Source: Octopus bimaculoides (lineage: Eukaryota). From it: a stretch of 64,000 nucleotides of DNA. The stretch is from positions 31,022,397 to 31,086,396 of the forward strand of contig NC_068992.1 of the NCBI RefSeq assembly GCF_001194135.2. The letters are read 5' to 3'. The notes under the pieces are model-generated. The model was given only the letters and a program-made list of their open reading frames with translations, was not told the origin of the DNA and searched no databases. Below, in pieces: positions 52,150 through 64,000 of the stretch; the first letter of the stretch is position 1, and each line of letters starts with the position of its first letter. The translations under genes and the position numbers were made by a program.

Positions 52150-53260
52150 ACGACGTTAAGCTACAGCAGCCAGCACCAGCTAAGTGTCACATCACACATT
52201 CTAAACTTCAGCCGACGTATGGAGGGGAAGGGCACGTAGTTTTGGCCAGCGCCCTCTCTAGACTTACCTTCCAACAGAGTCGTGTTAATTTTAGTTCCAG
52301 CAGACCAAGCCGACTGTCTGGTGGTACAAGCCTTCGAACTATCGGGGAGGAGGGCGCGCAATGAACGAGATGGTTCCCTTGGACCACCTTCAAGCGGCAA
52401 CACTACATATGTGCCAGCCAACCTTACCTTACGGGGTTACTTCCCAGTCGGCATGTTGTGGCTTTCGAGTCATTTAGGATCTCGTTTCAGCCATATATAG
52501 AAGCTGGCTTTGATGACTGCCTTATTACCTCCTTATTATATTTCTCAGATATGAGCTCGAAAATGCAAACCTTCTTTTAAATAACGTTGCATTTTTCTTT
52601 CAATGAAGCCTTTAGCCCCCACTGCCAGGTGGAAATACTCGACAGTCCACCTCTGTTTACCACACTCTTCGATTAATATTCTCCTTCTGTTGTTCTGCAT
52701 TAGCGATGTTCCTTCCCATGGCACTATCGGCTCTTGTAAAACTCCAATTTTTCGTTCTGTGTTCCAGAGGATTACGTTTGGTCTTTTTGTTGTTTTTAGA
52801 ATCGAAATATTAATAGTCTTTCCAAATCCTCGGCCAGCCCCCAGTATCACTTCCATCTTTCGTCTGTGTCGCAATCTAAATTTCCGCTCTTACTTTCAGT
52901 AAACAAACGTTTAGCATATTAATATGGGTTGTTTACAAAACTACGATAGTTCCTTCCTCTTTTCTGGACTTCTGTTCTTCCTTCTTTCCTTCCTTAGTTG
53001 GTTTCGATGCCTCTTTTTTAGTTATTCAAATAGTCGTTTCAGACTTTTTCTTTCACCCTCCTTTGCCTCCCTCTATCTGGTTTTTAGTTCTTTTCTTTTG
53101 TCAAATCTTTGTAATTGTTTTTTCCCTTTGTCAAATCTTTGTAATTGTTTTTTTCCCTCTTCCATGGTCCGCCCTTTGCCAATGATTCTCCATTCCTTGT
53201 TGTTTCAAGGCCAAATGTTTTCTCTCATTCCCGATAAATTATGTTAGCTAAGTTCTCGAG
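52150..53260 (-). mobile_element. HERO-like RLE retrotransposon, apparently lacking its RT domain
   Basis: RLE KRPNVILWNTERKIGVLQEPIVPWE..FHLAVGAKGF (52545..52874). C-terminal KASFYIWLKRDPK* with stop at 52470-52472. Upstream K/R/E-rich segment ending RSFVNNPY (~52915-52945). GC-rich 3' UTR at 52150-52470. Confidence 0.7.
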
Positions 53261-54333
53261 CTTTTGTTCGTCGTCGTTCTTGCTACATTAACGTCGAATT
53301 TTTATTTTATTTTAATTTAGTTAGGTATTTTTCTTTCTCTTCTATCTTCCCTTTTATTAATTATTTCTTCCCTCACTTATATACTCGTCACATACCGTAC
53401 CCTCGAAATATTTTGTTTGAATCTTTGCGTCAACATGTGCCTCCTTGCGACAATTTAGCCATTAATCTAATCAAGATATCCGTGACCCCAAGAGGACCCA
53501 GCGGTACAAACCTCACTGGGATTTTACCACTTCTGAGTTTCCATTCGCTGTGAAAGATATGTAGCTCGAATTTCCCATACTCCATTCCGTAACTCTTGCA
53601 TATATGTATGTTTGTATCTATGTATGTATGTATGTATGCATGCATGTATGTATGCATGTATATATNNNNNNNNNNNNNNNNNNNNNNNNNNNNNNNNNNN
53701 NNNNNNNNNNNNNNNNNNNNNNNNNNNNNNNNNNNNNNNNNNNNNNNNNNNNNNNNNNNNNNNNNNNNNNNNNNNNNNNNNNNNNNNNNNNNNNNNNNNN
53801 NNNNNNNNNNNNNNNNNNNNNNNNNNNNNNNNNNNNNNNNNNNNNNNNNNNNNNNNNNNNNNNNNNNNNNNNNNNNNNNNNNNNNNNNNNNNNNNNNNNN
53901 NNNNNNNNNNNNNNNNNNNNNNNNNNNNNNNNNNNNNNNNNNNNNNNNNNNNNNNNNNNNNNNNNNNNNNNNNNNNNNNNNNNNNNNNNNNNNNNNNNNN
54001 NNNNNNNNNNNNNNNNNNNNNNNNNNNNNNNNNNNNNNNNNNNNNNNNNNNNNNNNNNNNNNNNNNNNNNNNNNNNNNNNNNNNNNNNNNNNNNNNNNNN
54101 NNNNNNNNNNNNNNNNNNNNNNNNNNNNNNNNNNNNNNNNNNNNNNNNNNNNNNNNNNNNNNNNNNNNNNNNNNNNNNNNNNNNNNNNNNNNNNNNNNNN
54201 NNNNNNNNNNNNNNNNNNNNNNNNNNNNNNNNNNNNNNNNNNNNNNNNNNNNNNNNNNNNNNNNNNNNNNNNNNNNNNNNNNNNNNNNNNNNNNNNNNNN
54301 NNNNATATATATACATATATATACATATACACA

Positions 54334-54374
<41 letters not shown>

Positions 54375-54377
54375 TTC

Positions 54378-54765
54378 TGCATGGCCGAGAAGCTCGCTTT
54401 GCAAGCACGAGGTTTTGGGCTCAGTCACATTGCGTGTTACCTTAAAATAGTGACTTCTATTAAAGCCCCTAGCTGACCAATGTAGTGAGTGAATTTGAAA
54501 GGTGAACATTTTATGAGAGCCCATCCAATGTATATCTGAGCGCCTTACTTCCTATGTCTAACTCCAGTACTGCTTGACAACGGACGTCTATTTGTTACCG
54601 TTCACGTAACTCAGCGTCGAATAAGACACCGGCAGCCTAAGTACCAGACTTAAGAATATGCAGACGAGTCGATTTCTTCATCTATATTTTAGATTCTAAA
54701 ACCTTCAAGGAAGTACCTTAGCATAACTACAGCCCAATGGCTGGAACAAGTGAAAAATAAAACAA
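54378..54765 (+). mobile_element. old degenerate copy of the tRNA-derived SINE
   Basis: Remnants GAGAAGCTCGCTT, TGCTTGACAAC, CGTAACTCAGCG, AAGTACCAGACTT and AATGGCTGGAACAAGTGAAAAATAAAA, in family order. Confidence 0.6.
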
Positions 54766-56153
54766 TATTTGTGTTTATCTAAATAAATACAAGGTTTTGA
54801 GGGAATGGTAAACCCAATGACAAGGAAGCCATAACATATCAAGAATTCGCTGACATTAAAATTAAACATTATCACAAATTTCCAGTTTGAAATAAAGTTG
54901 ATATCTATATGGTCAGCAAGATATTTAATACCTCATAAAAATGTAATTCTGCCTATGCACAATTTACATTTCTGACAATATTTCTCATTTGAAGCGTTCA
55001 TTTTAATATCTCTTATGTAAAACACAAGCGTTTATCCGTGCAACGATCCACTTACACAGTCGTATCGACTTGCGCACACACTCAGTTTATTGCCAAGATA
55101 CGAAAGTATGAAAGCCAAATTATATAGTGACATTAAATGGTAGAACACTTGTAATAAACCTATATGCGACAGAATGTCTATAATAAATAAGTCTTATGGA
55201 ATGATATTAAACGCCTATCTAACAAAAGAATATTATCTTCTAGGAAAATGAAACCGTTTATTTATATTACTCATCGCATTTCCCGAGTTTTATAAAGTAA
55301 CGTTATCTTCGGTCGGAGTGATTGTCATTCTTGTTAGTATTATGTAGTGGCAACAAATATTATCAACCATTAGTTAATAGATATGAAGAGAAATTATTCA
55401 AAATAATTTATTTCATATGTACTTTATATATTTATATTTTATGAAATTCGAATAACCGTACGTATATATTTCCATCTCAGTTCATTTGTTAGCTTGTATG
55501 TATGTGATGGTAGTTATAATGAGGTTCATAACGGCATCTGTTACATAGCAAAATGAATGATCTCGAGGCAAAGGCAATAACAGTGTAATTATACAGCCCG
55601 CCTATTGAAAAATGGGAAAGTAAAATTTTAATTGAAATAATCTAATTAATATGCATTAGTATCTGTGTAATTAGGTAATATATTTATTAGCTATCTCCAT
55701 TGAAATATATGTTTTCTATTGTAATTCTGCCTATGAACAATATGTAGTATTGATATACAATGAAACAGAATCAACATATGGGAAAGTAAAGCATCATTCG
55801 CTTAATCACCGCCTGTAGTCATTACTAATACTTAGATGCTTAACAAAAGGTGCGAGTATCGCATATCTATCTGCTTTGCTCTACCTTGAAATATTTACTA
55901 ATAAGACAATGGAAGACAAAATCCTATCTCACACTTGAAGATCCCACCCTGACATTTATAGTTGATATATGATATTTCTTTCATATTTGTTTCATATTTG
56001 AATGTGTGGCCATTTTGCAAGCTGGCGCTTTAATATTTTTCTGTCTAGCAATTGCAATACATACGAGAAGCTTTTAAATCTCATACGATTTGTTCACTTG
56101 CAGCTAATGACTTAGCATCAGGAATTTCTAGATAATCGTTTCAGAGAGGGAGA

Positions 56154-56192
<39 letters not shown>

Positions 56193-56369
56193 TGAGTGAG
56201 GGACAGCAAGAAGGTGAGAGAGAGAAAGAAAAAGATATTGCGCAACAACCGTTTCATGTATTATTAGTTGGTAGCACATACATGATAGCTAACATTATTA
56301 TTATAGAACACATTAAAAACGATATCTCCAAAATTGATCTTAGAGATATGGGAACAATAAGTTAAACAT

Positions 56370-56503
56370 TTAAATTGTATAATCAATAAAGAGTAACATT
56401 TCCACTTCCTGTCCTCCGCAATTATCATCTACTGACTTCCAAGCGCATGACTCTTCAAAGAAGTTGCGTTTATTACCCTGCTCTAAGGAACCATGTAAGA
56501 CAT
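56370..56503 (-). pseudogene. putative decayed exon, cadherin-repeat-like
   Basis: Acceptor TTAATATTTTCTCAG|. The open frame VLHGSLEQGNKRNFFEES..GGQEVEMLLFIDYT is similar to Y-x-I-x-x-G-N..F-x-I..G-x-I..D-Y-E. Confidence 0.38.
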
Positions 56504-56643
56504 CTGAGAAAATATTAACTGATAAATATTATTACTTTTCCATGACTTTAAATTTCATGATAAATAGAGCATGCTTCAGATCAATGCGATTCAAATGACG
56601 GTTTTTCAGATATTGTAATACTTAAATGTGTGTGTGTGTGTTT

Positions 56644-56686
<43 letters not shown>

Positions 56687-57489
56687 CGAGCATTTATGGA
56701 AGTATATATGCAATTCGTATAGTCAGAGATAACACAATCTTAGCTTCAAATACTGATAATAGACTTTCATGTATGATCATCTAAAAGCAGACAATTCATG
56801 TTAAAAATACCTTTTTGTATATGTATATATATATATATATATATANNNNNNNNNNNNNNNNNNNNNNNNNNNNNNNNNNNNNNNNNNNNNNNNNNNNNNN
56901 NNNNNNNNNNNNNNNNNNNNNNNNNNNNNNNNNNNNNNNNNNNNNNNNNNNNNNNNNNNNNNNNNNNNNNNNNNNNNNNNNNNNNNNNNNNNNNNNNNNN
57001 NNNNNNNNNNNNNNNNNNNNNNNNNNNNNNNNNNNNNNNNNNNNNNNNNNNNNNNNNNNNNNNNNNNNNNNNNNNNNNNNNNNNNNNNNNNNNNNNNNNN
57101 NNNNNNNNNNNNNNNNNNNNNNNNNNNNNNNNNNNNNNNNNNNNNNNNNNNNNNNNNNNNNNNNNNNNNNNNNNNNNNNNNNNNNNNNNNNNNNNNNNNN
57201 NNNNNNNNNNNNNNNNNNNNNNNNNNNNNNNNNNNNNNNNNNNNNNNNNNNNNNNNNNNNNNNNNNNNNNNNNNNNNNNNNNNNNNNNNNNNNNNNNNNN
57301 NNNNNNNNNNNNNNNNNNNNNNNNNNNNNNNNNNNNNNNNNNNNNNNNNNNNNNNNNNNNNNNNNTATATATATATATATATATATATGAGAGTGAGAGA
57401 GGCATTAGAGAGAATATATAGACATGTTAATTATGATACCTGTATAGATTAAATTATTTCTAAAAAAACGATACCTCAAGCAAAATAAA

Positions 57490-58300
57490 TTTCACTTTCG
57501 TCAGCAGGTTTGAAGCAATACAGTTTACATCATGGAAGAATTATCTATACTCATCTCTATTAATCGGCATTAAACATTCACTGAGATAGACGTATGGACA
57601 CAAGAGTCTCTTTGTATACTTGAAAACACTCCATCATCAATGGAAGTTTAGCAGGATACACATCCCAAGCAACAATGGGGACCATATTCAGAGATTTGTA
57701 TAAATGTTTTATGAATCACATAGTGTAAGGCTGCAACAACATCCACCAGAGACAAAAGAGACCCAGCAACTAACCTGCCCAGTTTGGTGAGCATTGAAAC
57801 AGCACCATCATCATAAGATAACTAATGAACATAAGAAGATGTATAAACATGTAGCCGATGCAGAACTCTGTCCAAGAATCGTTCACAAATTCTCCATCTC
57901 ACAACAACAGAATGAAGAAGAAAATAACCCAGTTCATTGAAAAGTTAGTGTGACTACATGATACGGATGAAGCAAGACGCTGAAAGAATAAAACACATCA
58001 AATGCTTGTTAAGAAATCAACAAGATTACACCCCCAATTGAAGGCTATCTCCATACAATTCAAGAAAATGTGATCCCAATCAACACCCTCCAGCATAAGG
58101 AGCAACAAACATTCATTGCCAAAAATGTAGTCTGTGCTAAACTTCGAAAATATTCTGAGGAAAAATCTTTTCCAATTATCAAGAGACATGATACAATGAC
58201 CAGAACGATGTGGAACAGGACGAGGGAAACGGAAGTATCAGCAGACAAGTTTTACTATATATTGAGTTTGAGGGAACACAAGAATATAAGTAGAACTTAA
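57490..58300 (+). mobile_element. R4/Dong-like RLE non-LTR retrotransposon, decayed post-RT region
   Basis: IEGYLHTIQENVIPINTL and IIKRHDTMTRTMWN match the R4-clade EGxxxAIQEQVI..CCHC..RHD region. Upstream remnant resembles RLYxPRxxGGRG. Confidence 0.65.
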
Positions 58301-58399
58301 AAGTAAAAACACCCACTAAGTTGAAACACAACCAGCTAAATACTGTTGTGCAGCATCATAGAAATAATATGATCTGCTGTAAAGATCAGCTACCTCTAC

Positions 58400-58520
58400 A
58401 CAGTTAGCTAGTCACAAATATCCTGGCTGGAACGTGTACGAACCGTAAGCAAGGAGTTTGTAAATCTACTGTAGCGTTTAACCAAATATTATTGATGCAA
58501 CACCATAACTACCATCCTGA
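58400..58520 (-). pseudogene. putative decayed exon, cadherin-repeat-like
   Basis: Acceptor ATACTTTATTCCAG|. QDGSYGVASIIF then (frameshift) NNIWLNATVDL, similar to D-x-G-x-x-G-x-V-x-Y and I-x-L-x-x-x-L-D. Confidence 0.3.
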
Positions 58521-58956
58521 CTGGAATAAAGTATAACTGAACTTATTTCCTTGGGGAGGAAATTCAATTCCTTAATTTATATACAAAACTTTATCAAAAT
58601 ATATGACACTGTAAATATTTACAAGACCTTACGATTTAGAAGATTATGAACAAAAATATACATACATGCACACATATGTATATACATTTAAATAGACTCA
58701 TGTTAAACAGTTTTGTTCTCAGAGAAAAATAATATGCATATCTATAGGTATATACAAAATGACACTAATGCAATAATGCACACATAACCACACGTACAAA
58801 TACACACACAAACACACACAAATACTCACAGAAACTCGCATTCATACATACATTTCCTCTAATATATGCGTAAAATATTTTTATTCCTTTCGTGTATTTA
58901 CAATCATACCTACCACAAGCCACTTTCAGTTTATTCTTTCTGCTCTTTTTTATTCA

Positions 58957-59027
<71 letters not shown>

Positions 59028-59396
59028 GTTGCTACTGCATAAAAAACTGTTCACGGCAACATTGCATATCGTCTTCCAGTACGAGCTAACGCGCCAGGTG
59101 CGCAATAGTAGACTTTATACTTCGCCCTCACCGTAAACCTTTCAAGCGCCACATTAAAAACCAAGTAATTGGTGTTCTAATTCGCATCGTACTATTGTAA
59201 CAATACACACCACACACACACACATAAAGATAAATATAGAGATATTCTATTGACATTCAATACTATAATTATATTACAATATTACATCAATTACTGTGAA
59301 TATAGTGTATAGCATAATATTATATAAATAATTATAAAACCTTCAAAGTTCAATTGTTTCGGCTTCATATTTTTGTGATATACATTTTGCTTTTAT

Positions 59397-59596
59397 CATT
59401 TCTTTGTTTCAGCCATTTGACTGCAGCCATGCTGGAGCACCGCCTTTATTCAGGACATATTATTTGTAAGCCTAGTACTGATTCCGTCCGGCTCTCTTGC
59501 CGAACCGCAAATGTTACTGGGACGTAAACACACTAGCATCGGCTGTCAAGCGATCTTAGGGGGACATACACAGACACACAAACATACCCATAGATA

Positions 59597-59656
<60 letters not shown>

Positions 59657-59803
59657 GACCGGCTTCTTTCAGTTTCTGTCTACAAAATCCATCCACATGG
59701 TTTGGTCGGCCCGAGGCTATCCAAAGTGCCACGCAGTGGGACTGAACCTGGAAGCATGTGATTGGTAAGCAAGCTACTTACCACACAGCTACTCCTGCGC
59801 CTA
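59397..59803 (-). mobile_element. near full-length tRNA-derived SINE with internal (TA)n
   Basis: Reverse complement head GGCGCAGGAGTAGCTGTGTGGTAAGTAGCTTGCTTACCAATCACATGCTTCCAGGTTCAGTCCCACTGCGTGGCAC, internal microsatellite, tail GCGGTGCTCCAGCATGGCTGCAGTCAAATGGCTGAAAC. Confidence 0.9.
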
Positions 59804-62800
59804 TACATAATCACAGTTCAATTATATATAAGTCACTTCAGGGTCAATCGGTTCAGAAACACGAAATCTCGTCTGGATAGGACGGCTGCATTATAAAAAT
59901 TAATTCAAATGTTATGAGCGTGACCGTTAATTATTCAATTTTATATCAATTACAATTAAAAATATAATAGCTAAATCATTTTAACTGAAGATACAACCAA
60001 GTAAGTGCACTCCACAACCATCAAAATTCACTAAATTATATCTAAAACACATACCAGTTGAAACCGAAGATCGTCTCTTGTCATCAAAACATTCAATAAT
60101 AATGTGTGTGTGTATAAACGTATATAAGTAAGTATCTAAGTATTCTACGTGAAAATATAACAAAAAATATATTAATAATTCCATCTTCAATACAACACTT
60201 TTATCTATTTAAATTGGTTAGCATAAAAAAAATAATTGTTTAAATTAACTAATGATCTTCTATATTTGTTATTTTCTCGTTGGGATAATTACGTATTTGA
60301 TATGAATAGAAACCTTGTGAAAATTTCTCTTTTTCTTTATTTAATCAATCGCAGGAAGATATCCGTAATTATTTTATTTTAGGCTAAACAATAAAAATGG
60401 AATTTCCTAATTTTTTTTACATTTGAACTTCCTTAAAAAATGATTATTATTTGCACACCATGGAAGAGAGAATTTAATGAATCAACAAAAAACATCGATA
60501 CAAATCAAACCAGCAACAAGCAATGATACCGATGAACTAAACTATAATAGTTAGAAAATGCACGACCATATATAATGCATACTAAAACTTTATTGATACT
60601 CTCAGAAGTAACAAACAACATTGTTGTAATAACAATACTATTATAAACTATAAAATATTATAATAATTTATTTTGGTTATTAAATTTATTTATTGAGTGA
60701 ATTGATTTTATGTATTCACACACACACACATACACACACACACACACACATACACACATATATATATATAATATATATAGAAATATATATATNNNNNNNN
60801 NNNNNNNNNNNNNNNNNNNNNNNNNNNNNNNNNNNNNNNNNNNNNNNNNNNNNNNNNNNNNNNNNNNNNNNNNNNNNNNNNNNNNNNNNNNNNNNNNNNN
60901 NNNNNNNNNNNNNNNNNNNNNNNNNNNNNNNNNNNNNNNNNNNNNNNNNNNNNNNNNNNNNNNNNNNNNNNNNNNNNNNNNNNNNNNNNNNNNNNNNNNN
61001 NNNNNNNNNNNNNNNNNNNNNNNNNNNNNNNNNNNNNNNNNNNNNNNNNNNNNNNNNNNNNNNNNNNNNNNNNNNNNNNNNNNNNNNNNNNNNNNNNNNN
61101 NNNNNNNNNNNNNNNNNNNNNNNNNNNNNNNNNNNNNNNNNNNNNNNNNNNNNNNNNNNNNNNNNNNNNNNNNNNNNNNNNNNNNNNNNNNNNNNNNNNN
61201 NNNNNNNNNNNNNNNNNNNNNNNNNNNNNNNNNNNNNNNNNNNNNNNNNNNNNNNNNNNNNNNNNNNNNNNNNNNNNNNNNNNNNNNNNNNNNNNNNNNN
61301 NNNNNNNNNNNNNNNNNNNNNNNNNNNNNNNNNNNNNNNNNNNNNNNNNNNNNNNNNNNNNNNNNNNNNNNNNNNNNNNNNNNNNNNNNNNNNNNNNNNN
61401 NNNNNNNNNNGTATGTATGTGTGAGGGTGTGTACATGTGTGTGCGTCTGTGTGTGTATGTGTGTGTGCATCTGTGTGCATCTGTGTGTGTGCGTGGGAGT
61501 GTTTTGTGTGAATGTGGGAGTGTGTGTATACAAGAGTGTGCATGAATCAAGGAGTCTGCGTTAGAAATTGAGTAACAAAATTTGTAGTGGTGACACATGC
61601 ACTTTTCACTGATGAAACTCAGAGATGAAAATTGTTTGTCAATAGGGAAAATGAAAACGGGTAGCTTCCGCCAGGTATAAGCGAAATGTTCCAGGTTTAA
61701 TTCACATTTTTCCTGAAACGCTAGAAGGCGAGATTATGGGAAAAAAAAACGAAACATTGTATGAAAGTTAGCGTGCTTACCACGTTTGATATATTTATGT
61801 ATGTGTTTCTGTGTGTGCGTGATGCCTGACTACTAATCCCCACATCTGTTTATTTATTTGTATAATTTGGTTTGACACTCACAATTTCCAACAATAGTTT
61901 ATATATAAACATTCAACGTAAAAGTTTGATGCATGTCCTAAGTAGTATATCGTCAATATTGGACTGAGGTTATAAAGGAGATGCTCTAAAATCCACATAA
62001 CCTAACAAGTGAAATATGTGGTAGAATTAAGTAATATATAGACATATGCAAACATCCAGGTACATGTAACAATAGAAATGAAAATATAAATTTTAATTCT
62101 GATAAGCTTATTTATAATATAGTAAGATCAAATACTGCCGATAGCAGTACAATGCTCTTTAGAATCTGTCATGTAAAGCTGGATATATTGTGATGTATAG
62201 ATATATACATTTGCATACATGTATGCACATGCATATGTATATATGAATGTTTTTTGTAATTTTGTCATAATTTCCACCTACTTTTTAATTTGCATCTACG
62301 AAATTTCGTGTTCATGTATTTACCATCTATTTATGGAATTGTGTCAATTTTTAACACTTTTTTGTATAATTGCACAGCAGTCGCTGATATTACCATGAAA
62401 TCCAAGTAGTAATCACCTCTAGAAGCTTTCATGCACACCAAACACTCACACGTAATACACAACGATATGTGTGTCGATATGTATGTATATTTATATATGT
62501 ATGTATATATATATATATATATATATATNNNNNNNNNNNNNNNNNNNNNNNNNNNNNNNNNNNNNNNNNNNNNNNNNNNNNNNNNNNNNNNNNNNNNNNN
62601 NNNNNNNNNNNNNNNNNNNNNNNNNNNNNNNNNNNNNNNNNNNNNNNNNNNNNNNNNNNNNNNNNNNNNNNNNNNNNNNNNNNNNNNNNNNNNNNNNNNN
62701 NNNNNNNNNNNNNNNNNNNNNNNNNNNNNNNNNNNNNNNNNNNNNNNNNNNNNNNNNNNNNNNNNNNNNNNNNNNNNNNNNNNNNNNNNNNNNNNNNNNN

Positions 62801-63475
62801 NNNNNNNNNNNNNNNNNNNNNNNNNNNNNNNNNNNNNNNNNNNNNNNNNNNNNNNNNNNNNNNNNNNNNNNNNNNNNNNNNNNNNNNNNNNNNNNNNNNN
62901 NNNNNNNNNNNNNNNNNNNNNNNNNNNNNNNNNNNNNNNNNNNNNNNNNNNNNNNNNNNNNNNNNNNNNNNNNNNNNNNNNNNNNNNNNNNNNNNNNNNN
63001 NNNNNNNNNNNNNNNNNNNNNNNNNNNNNNNNNNNNNNNNNNNNNNNNNNNNNNNNNNNNNNNNNNNNNNNNNNNNNNNNNNNNNNNNNNNNNNNNNNNN
63101 NNNNNNNNNNNNNNNNNNNNNNNNNNNNNNNNNNNNNNNNNNNNNNNNNNNNNNNNNNNNNNNNNNNNNNNNNNNNNNNNNNNNNNNNNNNNNNNNNNNN
63201 NNNNNNNNNNNNNNNNNNNNNNNNNNNNNNNNNNNNNNNNNNNNNNNNNNNNNNNNNNNNNNNNNNNNNNNNNNNNNNNNNNNNNNNNNNNNNNNNNNNN
63301 NNNNNNNNNNNNNNNNNNNNNNNNNNNNNNNNNNNNNNNNNNNNNNNNNNNNNNNNNNNNNNNNNNNNNNNNNNNNNNNNNNNNNNNNNNNNNNNNNNNN
63401 NNNNNNNNNNNNNNNNNNNNNNNNNNNNNNNNNNNNNNNNNNNNNNNNNNNNNNNNNNNNNNNNNNNNNNNNNNN

Positions 63476-64000
63476 CCCCAGTAAAAATGTCACATACACA
63501 CTCAAAAGAAAAACACACACAATACAATCCCAACAATCACAACAAACACCCACAAGCACACATGCACAGAAGCATGCACACACAATGACACACCTCCCCG
63601 ACAAATACAAGCCACATAGACGCACTCACACAAACACACGCACACGTATACACACATATACTGTACTAACAATACAAACAAAACTAATCACTCACAATTA
63701 CAGCGCACACACACATGTACACATATACACCAGGAAACTACACAAATCATACCCACGTACACACACATACAAACGGATACCCAGTACCAACATACACGGA
63801 ACACACATGCACACACATACACCTCACCTGGATAAACCCAACGTACAAGGACACCTAATAAATACAACACACACATACATGCTCACACACACATACACCC
63901 TCATGCACACACATACAGTTGCTCCCTCACACACACACGCACCACAATGACAACTAAAACACAAACATACTTAGAGACACACACAAACTCACGTACACAC
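63476..64000. repeat. degenerate (CA)n-rich low-complexity tract
   Basis: Directly visible ACAC-rich imperfect repeat. Confidence 0.9.

Larger units (their letters stand above)
9825..63475. other. 14 assembly gaps (N runs)
   Basis: Approximate N runs: 9825-10682, 11511-11839, 15899-16037, 25789-26143, 26687-27197, 29689-29957, 34423-34446, 35379-35855, 37052-37167, 48574-48968, 53666-54304, 56846-57365, 60793-61410, 62529-63475. Nearly all are bordered by (TA)n, (GA)n or (TG)n. Confidence 0.97.

Noticed and set aside
5880-61640. Other CTGATGA occurrences (~1570, 5885, 50856, 61609) as hammerheads
   Set aside because: No flanking stem I/II/III pairing or correctly placed GAAA and NUH.
9758-63950. 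Long ORF-track entries rich in X, YIYI, HTHT, CVCV or RERE
   Set aside because: They are translations of N gaps and dinucleotide microsatellites, not genes.
1-64000. CRISPR arrays, operons or other prokaryotic systems
   Set aside because: No regularly spaced direct repeats with unique spacers and no gene-dense regions; the sequence is clearly eukaryotic.

Overview
AT-rich, repeat-dense animal genomic DNA, most likely an octopod cephalopod (inferred from the SINE families and extreme microsatellite load). It has 14 N-gaps totalling about 6 kb, nearly all at microsatellites. No intact protein-coding gene is supported, and most ORF-track entries are microsatellite or gap artefacts. Decayed DNA transposons: four mariner relics, one DD41D Tc1/mariner and a Chapaev3-like CMC element. 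Decayed non-LTR retroelements: CR1-group, two R4/Dong-like, two HERO-like, a Penelope GIY-YIG fragment and four L1/Tx1-like ORF1 copies, plus several tRNA-derived SINEs. Four things stand out. (1) A tRNA-headed SINE whose tail is a Penelope-type minimal hammerhead ribozyme (36.7-36.9 kb). (2) A double foldback at 47.7-48.4 kb carrying four hammerhead-like motifs with a shared variant CCGATGA core. (3) A 6-kb block of four divergent Tx1-like elements that keep ORF1 but lack RT, so possibly HAL1-like (39-45 kb). (4) Many scattered minus-strand, stop-containing exon-like segments whose translations fit cadherin repeats, suggesting the window lies inside a large dead cadherin-family gene. All family assignments come from manual translation and motif recognition, not database searches.
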